Shown here piece after piece: positions 14,201-28,095 of a DNA stretch of 64,000 nt. This DNA comes from Auanema rhodensis (Eukaryota; Animalia; Nematoda), in assembly GCA_964057225.1 (NCBI GenBank), contig OZ059899.1:6324001-6388000 (forward strand), written 5' to 3'. The notes under the pieces were generated by a model that saw only the letters and a program-made list of their open reading frames with translations, was not told the DNA's origin and did no database searches. The position numbers were made by a program, and so were the translations under genes. The first letter of the stretch is position 1. Each line of letters starts with the position of its first letter.

Positions 14201-17200
14201 AGGTCAAGAAGGCTGGACAGGAGTTGAAATACTGGTGATATGCTCATGCTCTCTAGCATGCTCATAACCTGTCTCTCTATCTCATTCTCTTAAACTATTT
14301 TCTTTTGATGGTATTATCTATGCCTGTCATTCATTATGATTGTTTTAGTTTCCAACTGATGCTCAAATGAGTTTGTTGACTAAACAAGGCTTTTCAGATA
14401 TCAATCGACTGATAAAAGATGAAAGAAAGAAAGTAAAGGAGTATAGAAAGAAAGAAAGAACGAGAGACTATGGGGAAGAGAGTTTGAGCATGACAAGTAA
14501 TGCTCTAAACCTATAGTTAACAAGAAGAGTATTCTAATTATAAAAGCGAATTGGTCTATACACACATCAATCACTTGTTATCGAATTCTTCTTGTTCTTC
14601 ATCCTGTGTTGTGTGTATGTATTTCCATTTATGGTAAAGGGTCAAGCAGGCCCCAGATGAAACAAGCTGAATAGCCAAGGGCAACTGAACAGATGCTCTC
14701 TTGGTTTTGTCTCATGAACATAGAACGCTTCATTGACTAAGTTCCGTCAATAATTGTTTTGGAAATGTATTCAAGTTTATTAAATTAAGTTTTTTTTAAA
14801 CAGATTTCTTGAAACTATGAAATTTTCAAAAAACTTCAAAATGATTGTGAGGTACATGAGAGAAAAGCCGCCCCTTAGTTATACAGTATCAACATAATAT
14901 ATTCCGAAAGTGGAACAGATTCAAACCGATGAACTAGTCCGCCCTAATGAGGATCAAGGGCATGTGTAAGTGAGGAAAAGCATTATTTCTTAATATACAT
15001 ATCCTTAATTGGATGACGTCGAGAAAAATCCAATTAAGAATGTCAAGACAGCGTCCTTTAACAGCGCTAGGAGCATAACCGAAACCTTGATATAAGGTTT
15101 TGAATCATGTTGTTCTGAAGATAAAATGATAAATAAGATAAATGTAACGGACAAAATGAGCAAAATAAACGAAAAGAGAATAGTTTAAAATAGAAATAAA
15201 TAGAAAAACGAATTAAAAACATGTTTAAGTTATATATAATGAAAAGAACTCAACAAATATATAAATCTATATTGGCACATTAAAGAACTTTCCGATATTT
15301 GATACGTTGACAGAAAAAAATTAATTAGAAAATTAAACTTTGTGGATGCAAAAGGAGAGAGGGACAGATAGATAGTCAGGCTCATAGAAAAATCGAGAAA
15401 ATAGATAATTTTTTAGAGCCGAAACGCCGAATTCTCTTTTTTCGGTCATTATATGAAATTTTCTGTCCTCTGCTATTTTATCTTCATTGTTGAATTTTCT
15501 TTTTTCGTTTTGATTCTTCTAATCCATTTCATATATATCTTCATTTCATCCTTTATTCAAGCTCATGTTATTAGAAGGATTTCAATGAACATATAGAGGA
15601 TTTTAGTTAGGACAAGAAGGGGTTGAGGAGAGTACGAGTGGTGTTGAAGGAGGTTATGATGAAGAAGAAGAAGAGAGAAAGAAATTGAGTAAAGGATGAA
15701 AAATGAATATTACAGAAAGACTGTTCATAATTCTATATATCTATAGTTTATAGAAGGAAAATGGTAGATAATGTGTTATTATTCCAAAATGTTGGAATCG
15801 GATGAGAAAATCACAATAACCACGAGCGAATGAATCCAAAACGAATCCAAGTCAATGAAGGTACCAAAGAAGGGACATCATTGGGATAGTATGCATACGA
15901 TAGATACAATAAAAGAGAAAAGATAGATGTCGTGGGAGACAGAAGGTTGAAGATGGATTCGTTGAGAGAAAAGTACCATCTCTTTACCTATATAGTCATT
16001 AGTTAATTATGCGTATGACTTTTTCACTCATCTTGTTGTCTATACAATATATATCTTACATTCATATTCATGATGTATATAATAACAAGAAAATATTTAG
16101 ATTATAGGATAATAAGAAATTGATTCAAAGAGAGTTAAGAGCAAGCTGGAAAAATAATTAAAAAATGATAAAAGTATCAATAGCAAAATGAACTCAGATA
16201 AAAATACGTTTGAATTTTAAATGCCTAACTGATTAACTCAAACAATCTAGGTAAAAATTTGTTGCTGAAAAATGAAGAATCTCGATAAGCTCATAGAAAC
16301 GTAGTTTTAACTGTTCTTATCAAATAAAGTGGTAATCGTGAAAAAAAGTTTTCATTTCTTATTACTAACTTATGGTGTAATATTCGACTGCTCTAATATC
16401 TAGGTATTGAAATAGTGAGAGAATTTAGTAAAGGATAATACTCATATGTATATAATATAGAGCATATAGTCTATTGAATAGTATGGATATGTGAATTAGA
16501 ATCGGAAATTCTAAATAGAATTGCCAACAGAAATGGAAATAAATAGATTGATCTCATTAGGTAAAGGAATGGTTTGTTAGATGGATAGGTTTGAATACAA
16601 AACCAATGTCTCTCTTTCTCTTGCAACCTCCATCGTTTGTTTCTCTCTCATTCCATATCTTCCTATCTCTTTGTATTTTGTTTGTTTCTGATTGTCTATA
16701 GCTTTGTGAGAAGATTCCGGTGACCTCGTATGGCCCTCTCGTGAACGTCGTAAATCGTTTTTTGCGTTTCGTTTGCCATTCTTCTCTCTTTATCTCTCAA
16801 TGTTCCACTCGTACTACCTCCAGATTTCTTTTCATCTCTAATGTATTCATCTCACACCTATTGAAACAAAAAAGTAAAAATATGGAAATATTGAATATGA
16901 ATAATGAGTAGAAAGGTTCTCTTTTATATGATACTTTCTATTACTTTTCAATAAACCGCTTAAGCTATGATTCTAAGGGAAGTTCTGAAGAAGCGAACGT
17001 TCACACATGACAATGATCCAGTAACTTGGGCACGAGCTTTTTGTTCTTAACTTATACTAAAGATTAATAGAATGACCACATCTTAAGCTTAATGATTGCC
17101 TGCAGGAGAACTCCTTGACGCCTTGCTCTGGCTCTATATTTAATTTCTTAGTCTTCTCTCTAATTTTCTTCAACTATTTGCCATTCTTATTCGTCTCCTT

Positions 17201-20200
17201 CTCTGTTTCTCTGTCTCTTTCTATATCTTTCTCTTTATTTTGGATCTGTGAATGGTCACTTCGTTGCCAATGCTCTGCTTTTCTGGGAATCAATCAGCTG
17301 TTTGGGTTGACGAGACAGCATGTCCAACGTGGAGATAGAATATAGAATATTGAGCTAGTTGTTTACAGCTTGCACTATTCGGACAGACGACCAAAGACAA
17401 GGATAGGGGACGATGCAGAACGTTGTGCTCCCAATGGTTGGTGGTTGGTAGAAAAGGGACGGGCTCAACAACGCCTGACCGGAGCTGGCCGCGTTGGGCT
17501 CAGAGAGAACAAGAAGATAGAGTAGAGCCCAGAGCAGATTGGCCTTGTTATTTAGACAGCAAAATGCTGTATAAAGAGATTGGAAGAATGAGAGAGTGAA
17601 AAGAAAGGAGAGACAATCTGCTGATGTTTTAAGAGATGGAGTGGGTACCAGCTCGCATGAGGTCAGCCAGCCTCTCATTCGCTCTGTCTGCTCTTTACAA
17701 TTAGTAAAGGACCGGGTGGCATGAAACATGACGAAGAAAGACAGAACGATCAAGACAGACGTGTTTCACTGGCAGAAGAAAATCAGAATTTACGAAAGAA
17801 CGATGACCATAAACAGATCGTTGCCTAAGCCACTGATTGTTATCTGCATGTGGCATATCGGACTCTTGACTATAGCGCTTAATCACGTCTATAGGGGATC
17901 AGATTGTGCACTGTTGAAGGACAGCAACTGTTTCTCTTCTGGCAAATGAATAGCCTGTGGCATGGTGTATTTCTCTTCTTGACAACGATAGTCGGCATAG
18001 AAAGCTTACAAAGTATCTTAATTGGTCCAGATAAAAATGGTAGTCATATGACAGCTGATGAGGTGGATTTATAGGCCTCATGGCTCATCGTCGCCGTTGT
18101 CATTCGTCTACTTTTCTATTCTTATTCGTCTTTGTTTGTGATGGTCAAACATACATATACATAGACATATAGTTGCCTTATTTGAAGAAAGAACAACAGA
18201 GATAGAAAGAAAAAAAGCAGAAGAGGTAAAATATGAAATAGAAGGCTAATATGAGAGGGCGCATGGAATAAAGAAAAAAGACAAATGACTAGGCAGGTGC
18301 ATTGCCAAACACAGAAGCTTCATACCATTTTCTTCTGTATATAAACAGATGAATGTAATCATTTTTCCCGTCAAAATGTATTCTGTCCTTCCTTGCTTAT
18401 GAGATACATGAATTGAAAAAGATGAGCTGCCAAAAAAACCCAAAAATGTTTCATGTTCAAAATGGATCATGTGACATGAAGGCTTTCCGGAAATGGCAGA
18501 CCAACTTCAATGAGCAGAAAAAGACAAACGAGCACAAACTAAGTGTGTGTAGATATAAGAAAAAAAGAAAGAGAGGTAAAATGAGAAATGAAAAAGAGCA
18601 AAAAAAATTCCACTTTGGTCTTTTTTTTTCGAAAAGGGCATCATGCAGTGGGAGGCTGGAAATGGAAGCTGGCAAAGTTCCAATGAAAATGAATTCATAA
18701 TGATTGACAAGTGCGTATTGCTTTTCAGAAACATAATTGTTGAAATTGAATTTATAACAATAAAAGAGATATGATCTTAATAAAATTTATGTTCAAATAC
18801 ATCATCTGAGAAAAAATAGTTGAAAAAAGAACTATATGATTATAAATGTTGGTCATATGAAAATATAAAAAGATTAGAATAAAGACAATTTAATTAGAAA
18901 CTTATCTTTCGTCTCTTTCAAAAATATGGATTAGATTTGACAACAAGGTTTCTTTTAATTCATCTTATTGTTACTCTCAGAACTAAGTACAAGAATGCCG
19001 TAAATGAATAGTTTTAAATCCCCATATTGAAGTATTAAAAAGACTTCAAACTTTTTTTTTATTATTATAATTTAAATAAAAGATAATAGTAAACAATAAA
19101 ATGAAATATAATAGTGAAACACATATATGTATTATAATATTCAAGTAAAAGTAATAAATAAAATTAGATTAAATATGAAAAGATGTATATTAGTAAGTAA
19201 TAGGTTGAATAAAACTAAAACGAACGTAAGCAATTGAGAGTTAGTCACTATGTATAATACAAGACTAAGATATACAAAAAGAAAAAAATTCATACTGCTC
19301 ATTTATTTTATTTTATAAAATGATCCAAGCAATACTATTTAACTCAATATTATGCTAAAACTAGAGCATTTGCAGAAAAAAACTGTTTTTTGTACTTACG
19401 CAAGTATCTTGTTCTTTTCATATCTACAACAGTTGCAAAGAAAAATATCAAAAACAAAAGAAAAGCTTCTCGGGTATTAAAAAATCTAATAAATTTTAAA
19501 AATATTGTGATATCATGAGCGGATAATAAAAGTGCATAATTCTTATAAAAGAAAAACGACTTGAATAAGGAAAAAAATTAAAACACGACTTATAGTACTT
19601 AAACTATGAAGCAGTTAAGAAGTTATATGACCGGGATGAGAAATCAAGTATGGATTGGTAGTTAAAAAGTAGAATATATGATGAGTAAAGCAAAGTTGAG
19701 AAGGAGCACAATCGACTTCCGCATTTAAAATTGCCAAAATAATGCCAAAATCACGTAATCCACGCAAGAAATATTCACATGCTTCAAGCGTCCTGACATC
19801 TGCTTGCAGAGAGAAATCAAGCTAATTGTCTTCAATATTGTTAGAAATTGTCGACGTATCAGGCATGTTGCAAATGTAATTTCAACTAGTACAAAATAGT
19901 AAAAAAAGTAACAAAAGGCACTAAGAACAGCGTTTCAGCACATAACTGGAAAGAATATTTAGCGATCTGAGGTCAGGGACAAGAACATGAAATATAGGAT
20001 AAAATATGACAAAACGAAATAAGAAACATAAATAGTTAGACAAGTTATGTTCGAATTCTGGGCAACACGAAGTATTAAGTAAAAGTAATATTATACAAGA
20101 TAGAAGAAAACGACACTTTACACGATTTCATTCTTTTCATCTCCTTTTTTTCTTTGCTCTATCTCTCGTTCTGGTTATTTCTTTGCACATGACCAGATCT

Positions 20201-23200
20201 GGCCGAAGAACATTACGGAGCTAATCTGAGCCCAAGCTGGCTGAGTGCCAATTCGTTTTTGTCTTACTTCCGTCTAAAACGGATGTTTCTATGAAAAATA
20301 TGAAACAAAAATGTCTGTGTAACATTGAAAGGAAGGATGTAACCTAGTGCGAACTCAATTGAATATATAAATATTTCAAAAACATTGATGTTTGGACAAT
20401 TAATCTTTTGCATTTTTCGCTTACACATATTATACCTGCTGATACAAAGGCTAAATTAGTGTAATTTTCAGCTTATTATTTAAGATTCAATGAAAAGTAT
20501 TGTAAAGAAGTAGAAATATGTAATATAGTACATTATAGAGATTGCTACAGATGCAAATAAAACGGAGAGAGAGAGATAGTAAAATGAAACTTCTGAGAGG
20601 GAGACAGAGAGAAAAACAGAAAAAGATGAGAGAAAATATAGAGTTTTGAAGTATAAATCACAAACGTTTGATCACTAGTTCGGAGGAAACGGAAAGTCTG
20701 GAAGTTTGCCAGAGTAATTGAAATAAACCATGAAGCTCATAGAGAAAGAAAAAATGCTGAAAATGATAGAGCGAGACAACACATGATTAACGGAGAGCAG
20801 AAGTATTTTAGATATACATACAGATGAATAGAGAGAGAGAAAAGGAAAGGATAGAAATGACGAGAGCGGGAGGCAAAGAGAGAAAGAGGGCAAAAGAACA
20901 GCCATTTCCTGCTGCCCTGAAGGGGTGCCTACATCAGGCTAAGCTCATTATGGGGCTTCTCTCTCCCTCGTTCTCTCAGATGTCTTTAGTATTTCTATAT
21001 TCAGCACAAGTCCCTTTAATTGCTACTTTTATTTTATGTCAGAAACTCAAAAAATCAATATCACGCACTCGCTAATTATGTTATATTGCATTCAGACAGA
21101 GCACGAGAGCTTCACGACCTTAGGAGATACTCTTCCCGTCGTTATGGTTGTCAAGCTTCACGTTCATTCCCGTTTTATTTCATCCGAGCCGTTTTTCCTC
21201 GAGAAAACGCCTACGTGGATAACTAATCAAACCGCTATCTGAAACGTTTCAAGCTCTAGCAGCTTCATGCATTCATATACATCTTATGACCAGCTTTGTT
21301 GCTGATTCTTGCCAATTTCACCGGATTGTAATAAATTTTTTTTCTCCGAAAAATATTCCGCACTCTGGAGCCCGCATGACCAGCTGAAGCTTATTAGTTT
21401 GGGAAATGTTGCTAAGAGACAAAACTCATAACAGCTGATATAAGCTGTGACCTACTGCTAAATCTGGGCGGTTGGTAAAAAAAAATTAGCACTGCACACG
21501 TCGAAAATGGGGAATAAATTGAAATTCATTCAATAAACTTATTATATCTAATGAATAGGCTAATAGAATGAACAGACGACAACTGATTAGAAAATTCAAA
21601 CATTCGATAACAAGAGAGAAAAAGAGTGAGTACATAAGACGAGATTGAGATATGCCAAAATTAAGATTATTAGCAAATGAGCACGCTATCTATCATATAG
21701 AAAAAACCATCAGATGGTCATATATCATTAATGAAGTGAAGGAACACAACGATTATAATGAAGAACAAATAAGAGTTCACTATTATAGAAATCTTCATTA
21801 CAGCCACTTCAACTTTTGGAATGAAATATCAATAACCAATGAAGTTGATTCAGTGTATATCATATAGTTTAGTAACAAAAATTTAGAATAAACTAACAGT
21901 TTCCTATAAAATTCTTTCGAATAATATATTTAAGTACTGTTAATGAGCCAGTAAATCTATTCCACTCGATGTCTAGGTCACTTCTGCGGCCAAATCATTC
22001 TTTTCATCAAATTCACTAAAATTATAGCCGGATTTTCCAACCATAAATCTACAAAGGGACTGCAGAAAGAGTTCTCTTTTCTGTTCTTCTATTGATTTCT
22101 ACAAGAAATCACAACCTTTACAAACTGTTTCTGAAGATATGATCTGTACTACAACAAACAGCATCAAGATCAGGTAAGAACGTAAATCTGTTAAAACTTA
22201 ATCGAGCATATAATAATTAGCTCCGTCGGCCGCCTACGATAAGCTAAACAGGAAATTATTTGGGTAATTAAGTACGATTTAGTTTGCAACCAATGAATCA
22301 ACTATTAAAGGTTTCAGCATTAATTATGAGAGCAAAGCTTATATAAGCAAAATTCTCAAGAAAACATCAAGTGTTGCAGTGGTTTTCTGATGGTTGCATG
22401 CTCCTCATACATGAATGATAAAATAGGCAAAAGAATAGAGAACATATAATAATATATTTGAAAGTTATGGATAACATTATTTTAGAATCGCAACAGTTAC
22501 AAAAAATAAAATAAAAAGCGAAACTAGAATGAAAGAGCAAAGGCTAAAAGATCAAGCTAAGATAGTTGATTATAAATAAGCATATTTCGGAGAATTAATA
22601 ATTTGGGAAAATGGATAATAGTAATCTTCAAAGAATAAAAAAATCTATTTCTTGGAGCAAATAAAACATTTTGATTACAACAAAGGAAACGATTGGCTTA
22701 TAACAACTAGTATTTTTCTCTCAAACGATGTACAACTGAATCGTTTTTTATAGACCCTTGACCTTATGTGACCGCGCTATTCTGTTTAGAAAAATTGTGA
22801 GATAAGAGAAATGAGGAGGTTATAAGAGCAATAAAGAACTAAACAGATATGAAGAGAGTATAAGCATATAAACCATTTTCAAGATATTCTACTTTTGAAA
22901 CAAGGTATACTACAAGTTATATTGATAAATAGATGAACAAAACAAAAAGAGAAATAAACAGAAAATTCACATATAGAGGATATACAAAACAACTGTTACC
23001 AATATTTTTTCGGATATAAAACAACTGTGTTTTAATAGATTGTTTCTTATATCTCTCTACAACTTATGAATATTTATTGACAAAAAATAACAAAATGAGT
23101 TCGCATACGAAGTTTCTTAGCAGATACATTGTGGTTTGCAGCTTAAGGGCATTCTTCTAATTTACATGCAATGATATAAAAATAAGTTCAATAGTTACAA

Positions 23201-26200
23201 CTGTAGCTTCTATATCATTATAATGAGTGAAAAGAAGACAGAAATCAAACGTAGAAAGCGAAATCTCATCGTGAATAATCAAATTTTTTATGATTCTGAA
23301 GCAAAAAGACAAAGAAATAAATGATTTTGAACGGCATCTAATGAGTTTTTGAAAGAGTAAGTGCAAAGGGAACAGAAAACGGTGCGCGGTCATGACGACA
23401 ACCGGCACCTTCATCGGCGCAAGTGATCTGCATTGTTGAAAGAAAAACGGAAAAAGGACATTGAAGAAAGTGAATTTTCAGACAACAGTATTTTCCAAAC
23501 CTTTTTCTTCAGATCGCTTTTTTTAAAAAAAAAGTTTTAACAAGATTATAAAATAAAATAAATGGCCAACACGTGACCATTCACGCAAAATATGTTAATT
23601 CGATTATCATTCTTAGACGTGTTAATGCACTGAACGGTTATTCGAACTAAAATATTCTTTTCAATTATGATAATACATCAAATAATTAGTAAAACAAATT
23701 AAACAATAATAATCATAATAGAATATTAGAAATATAGATAATAGAAAAACCAATCTATCTAAGCTCTTTTGGTTATTTGATACAAATCACCAGCCACTTC
23801 ATCTGTAACAACAGACACATGTTTAGACCTCATCTCATTACACGGATTTTAACCTGGCGACAATAGATTATACAAAATTGCTAATTCCATGATTCAAAAA
23901 TAGAATACTACGTCAATTTTTGCCAAAAAAAATTGCAACTCTAAATTTACATTGAAAAGTGCATCCTCTCAATCTGTTTTTTTTTACAGAAAGAAAAAAC
24001 AAATACATAGGACAATCTCATGACTTTACGAAATATAACTGTATTATTCAACTGAAAAAACACTTTACATTCAGGCCATAGAATACTTAACCAGTAGTAA
24101 GTTGAAATATGTAAAAATATAAATATATAACTAAATTGATGCCTACACCGAAAAAAATACGAAGAAATAGCAAACTGAATTGCAAAAAAACGTTTATAGG
24201 CTGACTGGATGTAGGACGACGTTGACAACGTCGTCTTGGACGATGATGATGACAGTCGGAGCGAATGGCTTGGTTTTAGGTGTCCAAACCCAAAACGATA
24301 CATCAGGTATCAAAAGGAGAGAAAAAAGAAAAAAAGAAATGAGAAGAAGTTAGCGAAGCGAAAAAAGTGGCGCCAAATGTTTTTCGTTCGAAAAACGTCC
24401 TTCAACAGGGGGCGAGGACCTAACGAATTTTACCCGAAAGCAACATCAGACGCTCGAACGGTTTCCTCGCTTTTTACATTCTCTTTTTCTCGCTCTCTTT
24501 TTCAGTATTCTTTCTTTTATTCATCGTCTTCTCGGTCTCTTCTTTATTTATCGTATCTATTTCTTTCTTGTAGTTTCTTTTAATGCATTTCTATCTCTCC
24601 CGCTCACTTCAACACTTTTCTACACAGCCGAGGACATGAAAAGTACGGCTAATGTCGTGAAACTGAAGTCGATTGGCATGAATAAACTATATCTTTGTCT
24701 ACTTTAATTAATTACAGATTTACAATACCATGATTTCTTGCAGAATATCCTAGGTTGATGCTGAGAAAATAAGGAAACCTGTTGTTACAAAAAAAGTTCA
24801 AAAATAGTACATGGCAAATATTGGTAACAAAGTTGGGTAGAGCATACATAGCTCAAAAACCTAAAAAAATGTATAATGTACGACATAGTAAAATAAATAG
24901 ATGAATCTGTGAAAAAATGTTGTTGTAAAGATGGTCAACGACGATGCTTCACTTGTTTCTGGAAAAGCGTTGAAATTTTTTCCTAAAGATTGGCACACTT
25001 TTATGTATTTCATTGATTCTACTTTGAATAGATATGATACCCAAGTTGAGACTTAGGTTTTTGATTGAAAATATTCATATCATAAAACTTATCGAATTAT
25101 CTTTTTATCTCATAGGACACCGGGCTAACAAAAGACAAATACGAAATGTTGGGTCGTGCTCTTCTAAGCTTTGATAAGGGAATAGGTTTTCAAATAGGGC
25201 CAGTTAAGTTTTAATCGCATCCGAAACTGATAAGATTTGCTGAATTCTTTTTTTTTCCAATTAATGAATCATAAAGTTTCTATCTGTCTCCAGTTTGTAA
25301 AAGGGGTGGCCATTGTAACTATGAAAAGTACGGTAATGTTTATGAAAATATTAGTAATTATTGCTTCATTATTGAAAAACATAAGAACTTTAAAAAAATA
25401 AAATCTATGTAATATAGCTTAATTTATGGCATCAATTATGAGAAAATATTTGCATGAGAAGCTATAGATAGAAGCAGCTGATTTTTAATTTTTAAAAATA
25501 ATGAACAGGCATTTTTCTGTTACAAGCATCTCAACTTATTATGATGATGCTCTTTTATATTACTAGCGTTCTTTGTTTATTATAATAGTTACATTTCTAA
25601 ATGACATTATGCCTTATTTGGTTATAGGTTTGTATAATAGATAAGGACATGCAGATGATGTTCAATATTATAGAACAAAAAAGAAAAAGCTTGGCATGCT
25701 GTATCACTATCTTATCTAGAGCAACAACACATGCAAAAAAAACTTGAAGCTGACATAAACGGGACCGACTCATTGGCTTATTAAAATTATTTTGATATTT
25801 ACTCCTTTTTATGAACTTATTAAATTAAAATTATATAAAAATATCTATTAATGTACTATTATACTATTTATACATATGTATATCAACTAAAATATATTTT
25901 GTATCTTCAATTATCTTTTAAATATTTTTGATCTATTGTATTTCTTATATGATATCATAGTACAATTTCTCACATCTAGGTAAAAAATAAGTTTGAGTAA
26001 AAATAATTTTAACTTTGCGAATTTAATATTGTTTATTCGTATTCATTGTTATCATATCATAAAAGTAATATTATCTCCTACCATATACTGAACTGTAATC
26101 ATCTATAGTTTCATTTTTGGATTAATATATCGAAGATTAAATAAACAAGCAAATTTATTTTCATTTCAAGTTGCAAAATGGATTTCTCCGAATTAATATT

Positions 26201-28095
26201 TTAATTAATACAAAGTACTTCATATCTAGAATTTGTCCACTTCACTCCAAAACAACAAAAAGTGTCATTATTATTTGTAGCGAGAATCGGATTCCTCATT
26301 AGGATACAAGCATTGGATATACAAAGACAATCCGACAAGCTCAAGAGGAAGAACCAGCTGCGAGGACGGAATGGTCAAAGCTATCTTCGGCCATTGACTT
26401 TTCAATAGCTTACAAATTGCTAAAATAATATAAATAAAAAGATACAATATTAAAATTGTAAAGAGTGCACTCCATCAAATTTAAAGCATTAAACATCGTT
26501 ACCGTATAAGTACTGTATCAAAGATGAGTGATATCATGAAAGGTTAAATACTTCAATCATTCCACAACAGGAAAGGATCACAATCCAAGCTCTTAAATAC
26601 TAATTTGATTTCGTTAATCGCTAAATTCATATTGTTCTATTAATAATTCTAATTCTTAATCGCTTGTCCAACTGAAATGGTCCTTTGAAGACCTTTTCAT
26701 AAAATCAATGTCCACGGATAGAATTATGAAGAAACACGAAATAAAGAGGGCCGTTAGAGAGAGAATTATACATTAGGGATAAGAGAATCATTAGAGATAT
26801 AGAGAAAGAGAGAGTTGGCACAAAGCGTAAACAAGACCATGGTGGCTGGTACTGCCTGGTGCCGATCAGAAGCAGACAGATCAGAGTGGTCACTCTCGAT
26901 CATATTGACCAGTCAGACAAACAGAGGAGCACCCGAAAAAAGGGTCCCCAGACCCCACCCCCGCAAATATCCTAAAATCAAAAGATCCGAAAAAAAGGGA
27001 CCAACAACAAAGTAAAAATACAACTCAGCTTCAAAAGCTTGGTTCCATCGCCGTCGGAACCCGCCCACTCCAACGACCACAATGAAAAAGACATTTCGAA
27101 AACTCGTTTTCATGTGATGGATTTTACCGATTTCGTGATACAACCAGGTTTTTTTCAATGTAACTTTCCAGGATTTGATAATTATGTAGTTAAAAAACAT
27201 ATTTTCCTTTCATTAAATTGTTTTTTAATGTTATAAAAGTATTTTTTAAGTCATCGTTTAACTTTACTATAGTTACAGAAGAGTAAGACAATTGTCAGGT
27301 TCTGTCCTGAGAGAGAGAAAAAGATAGAAAAGTACCTGACGTTGACCTCATCACGTTGAGGTCATATTTGGACAGATAATCTGTCTCTTCATAAATGCCC
27401 TTTTTTCCTATTTGTGCTATTATTTTCAAAGGTGCTTTATATTATGTAAAATAATACAGAAGGACATATAGTACACAATATTTTTGAAAAAGAAATGTAA
27501 AAACAACTTAAAATTATATTTTTTATTTTTTAATACAAATTATGAGAGTATTGCGTTGAAGTAAAATCATGGTGCATTAATTTATATGTTTTCAAATCAG
27601 AAATTTTCAAACGTGCATTTTCCAACAAAAATGTTTTTGAGAAAAAAAAAAGAAAATAGAAAGAAAACTATCTTATTTATTTCTTTTAATATCCAATTAA
27701 TTACATTTATTGTTTGTTGAAACAAACAGGTCCGCGCCCTGCTCCGACTGTCGCACTTCGTGTCCTCATTGAAAGTACAGATAAAAGAGAAGAAGGGAGG
27801 AATGAGAGAAATGCATTAAAGAAACATTATCTATATATCAATCTATTCATCTGATAATTCGGAGTAAATATCTGAATTTATAAAGAACAATCTTGGGGAC
27901 ATACAAAAATATCCTCGTGTTCCAAAAAATCGTTGTAGTCAAGCTCCATGGATGCAAAATTAATATATAACACGTTAAAGCACATCTTTTGATCATGTTG
28001 CTTTGAAAGCTCCAAGGTTACTGCGAATAAGAGTACTTCCTACTCGAAGTATATAGCAACCAAAAATTCATTTAAGATTCTTCATAAAGGAAAAT

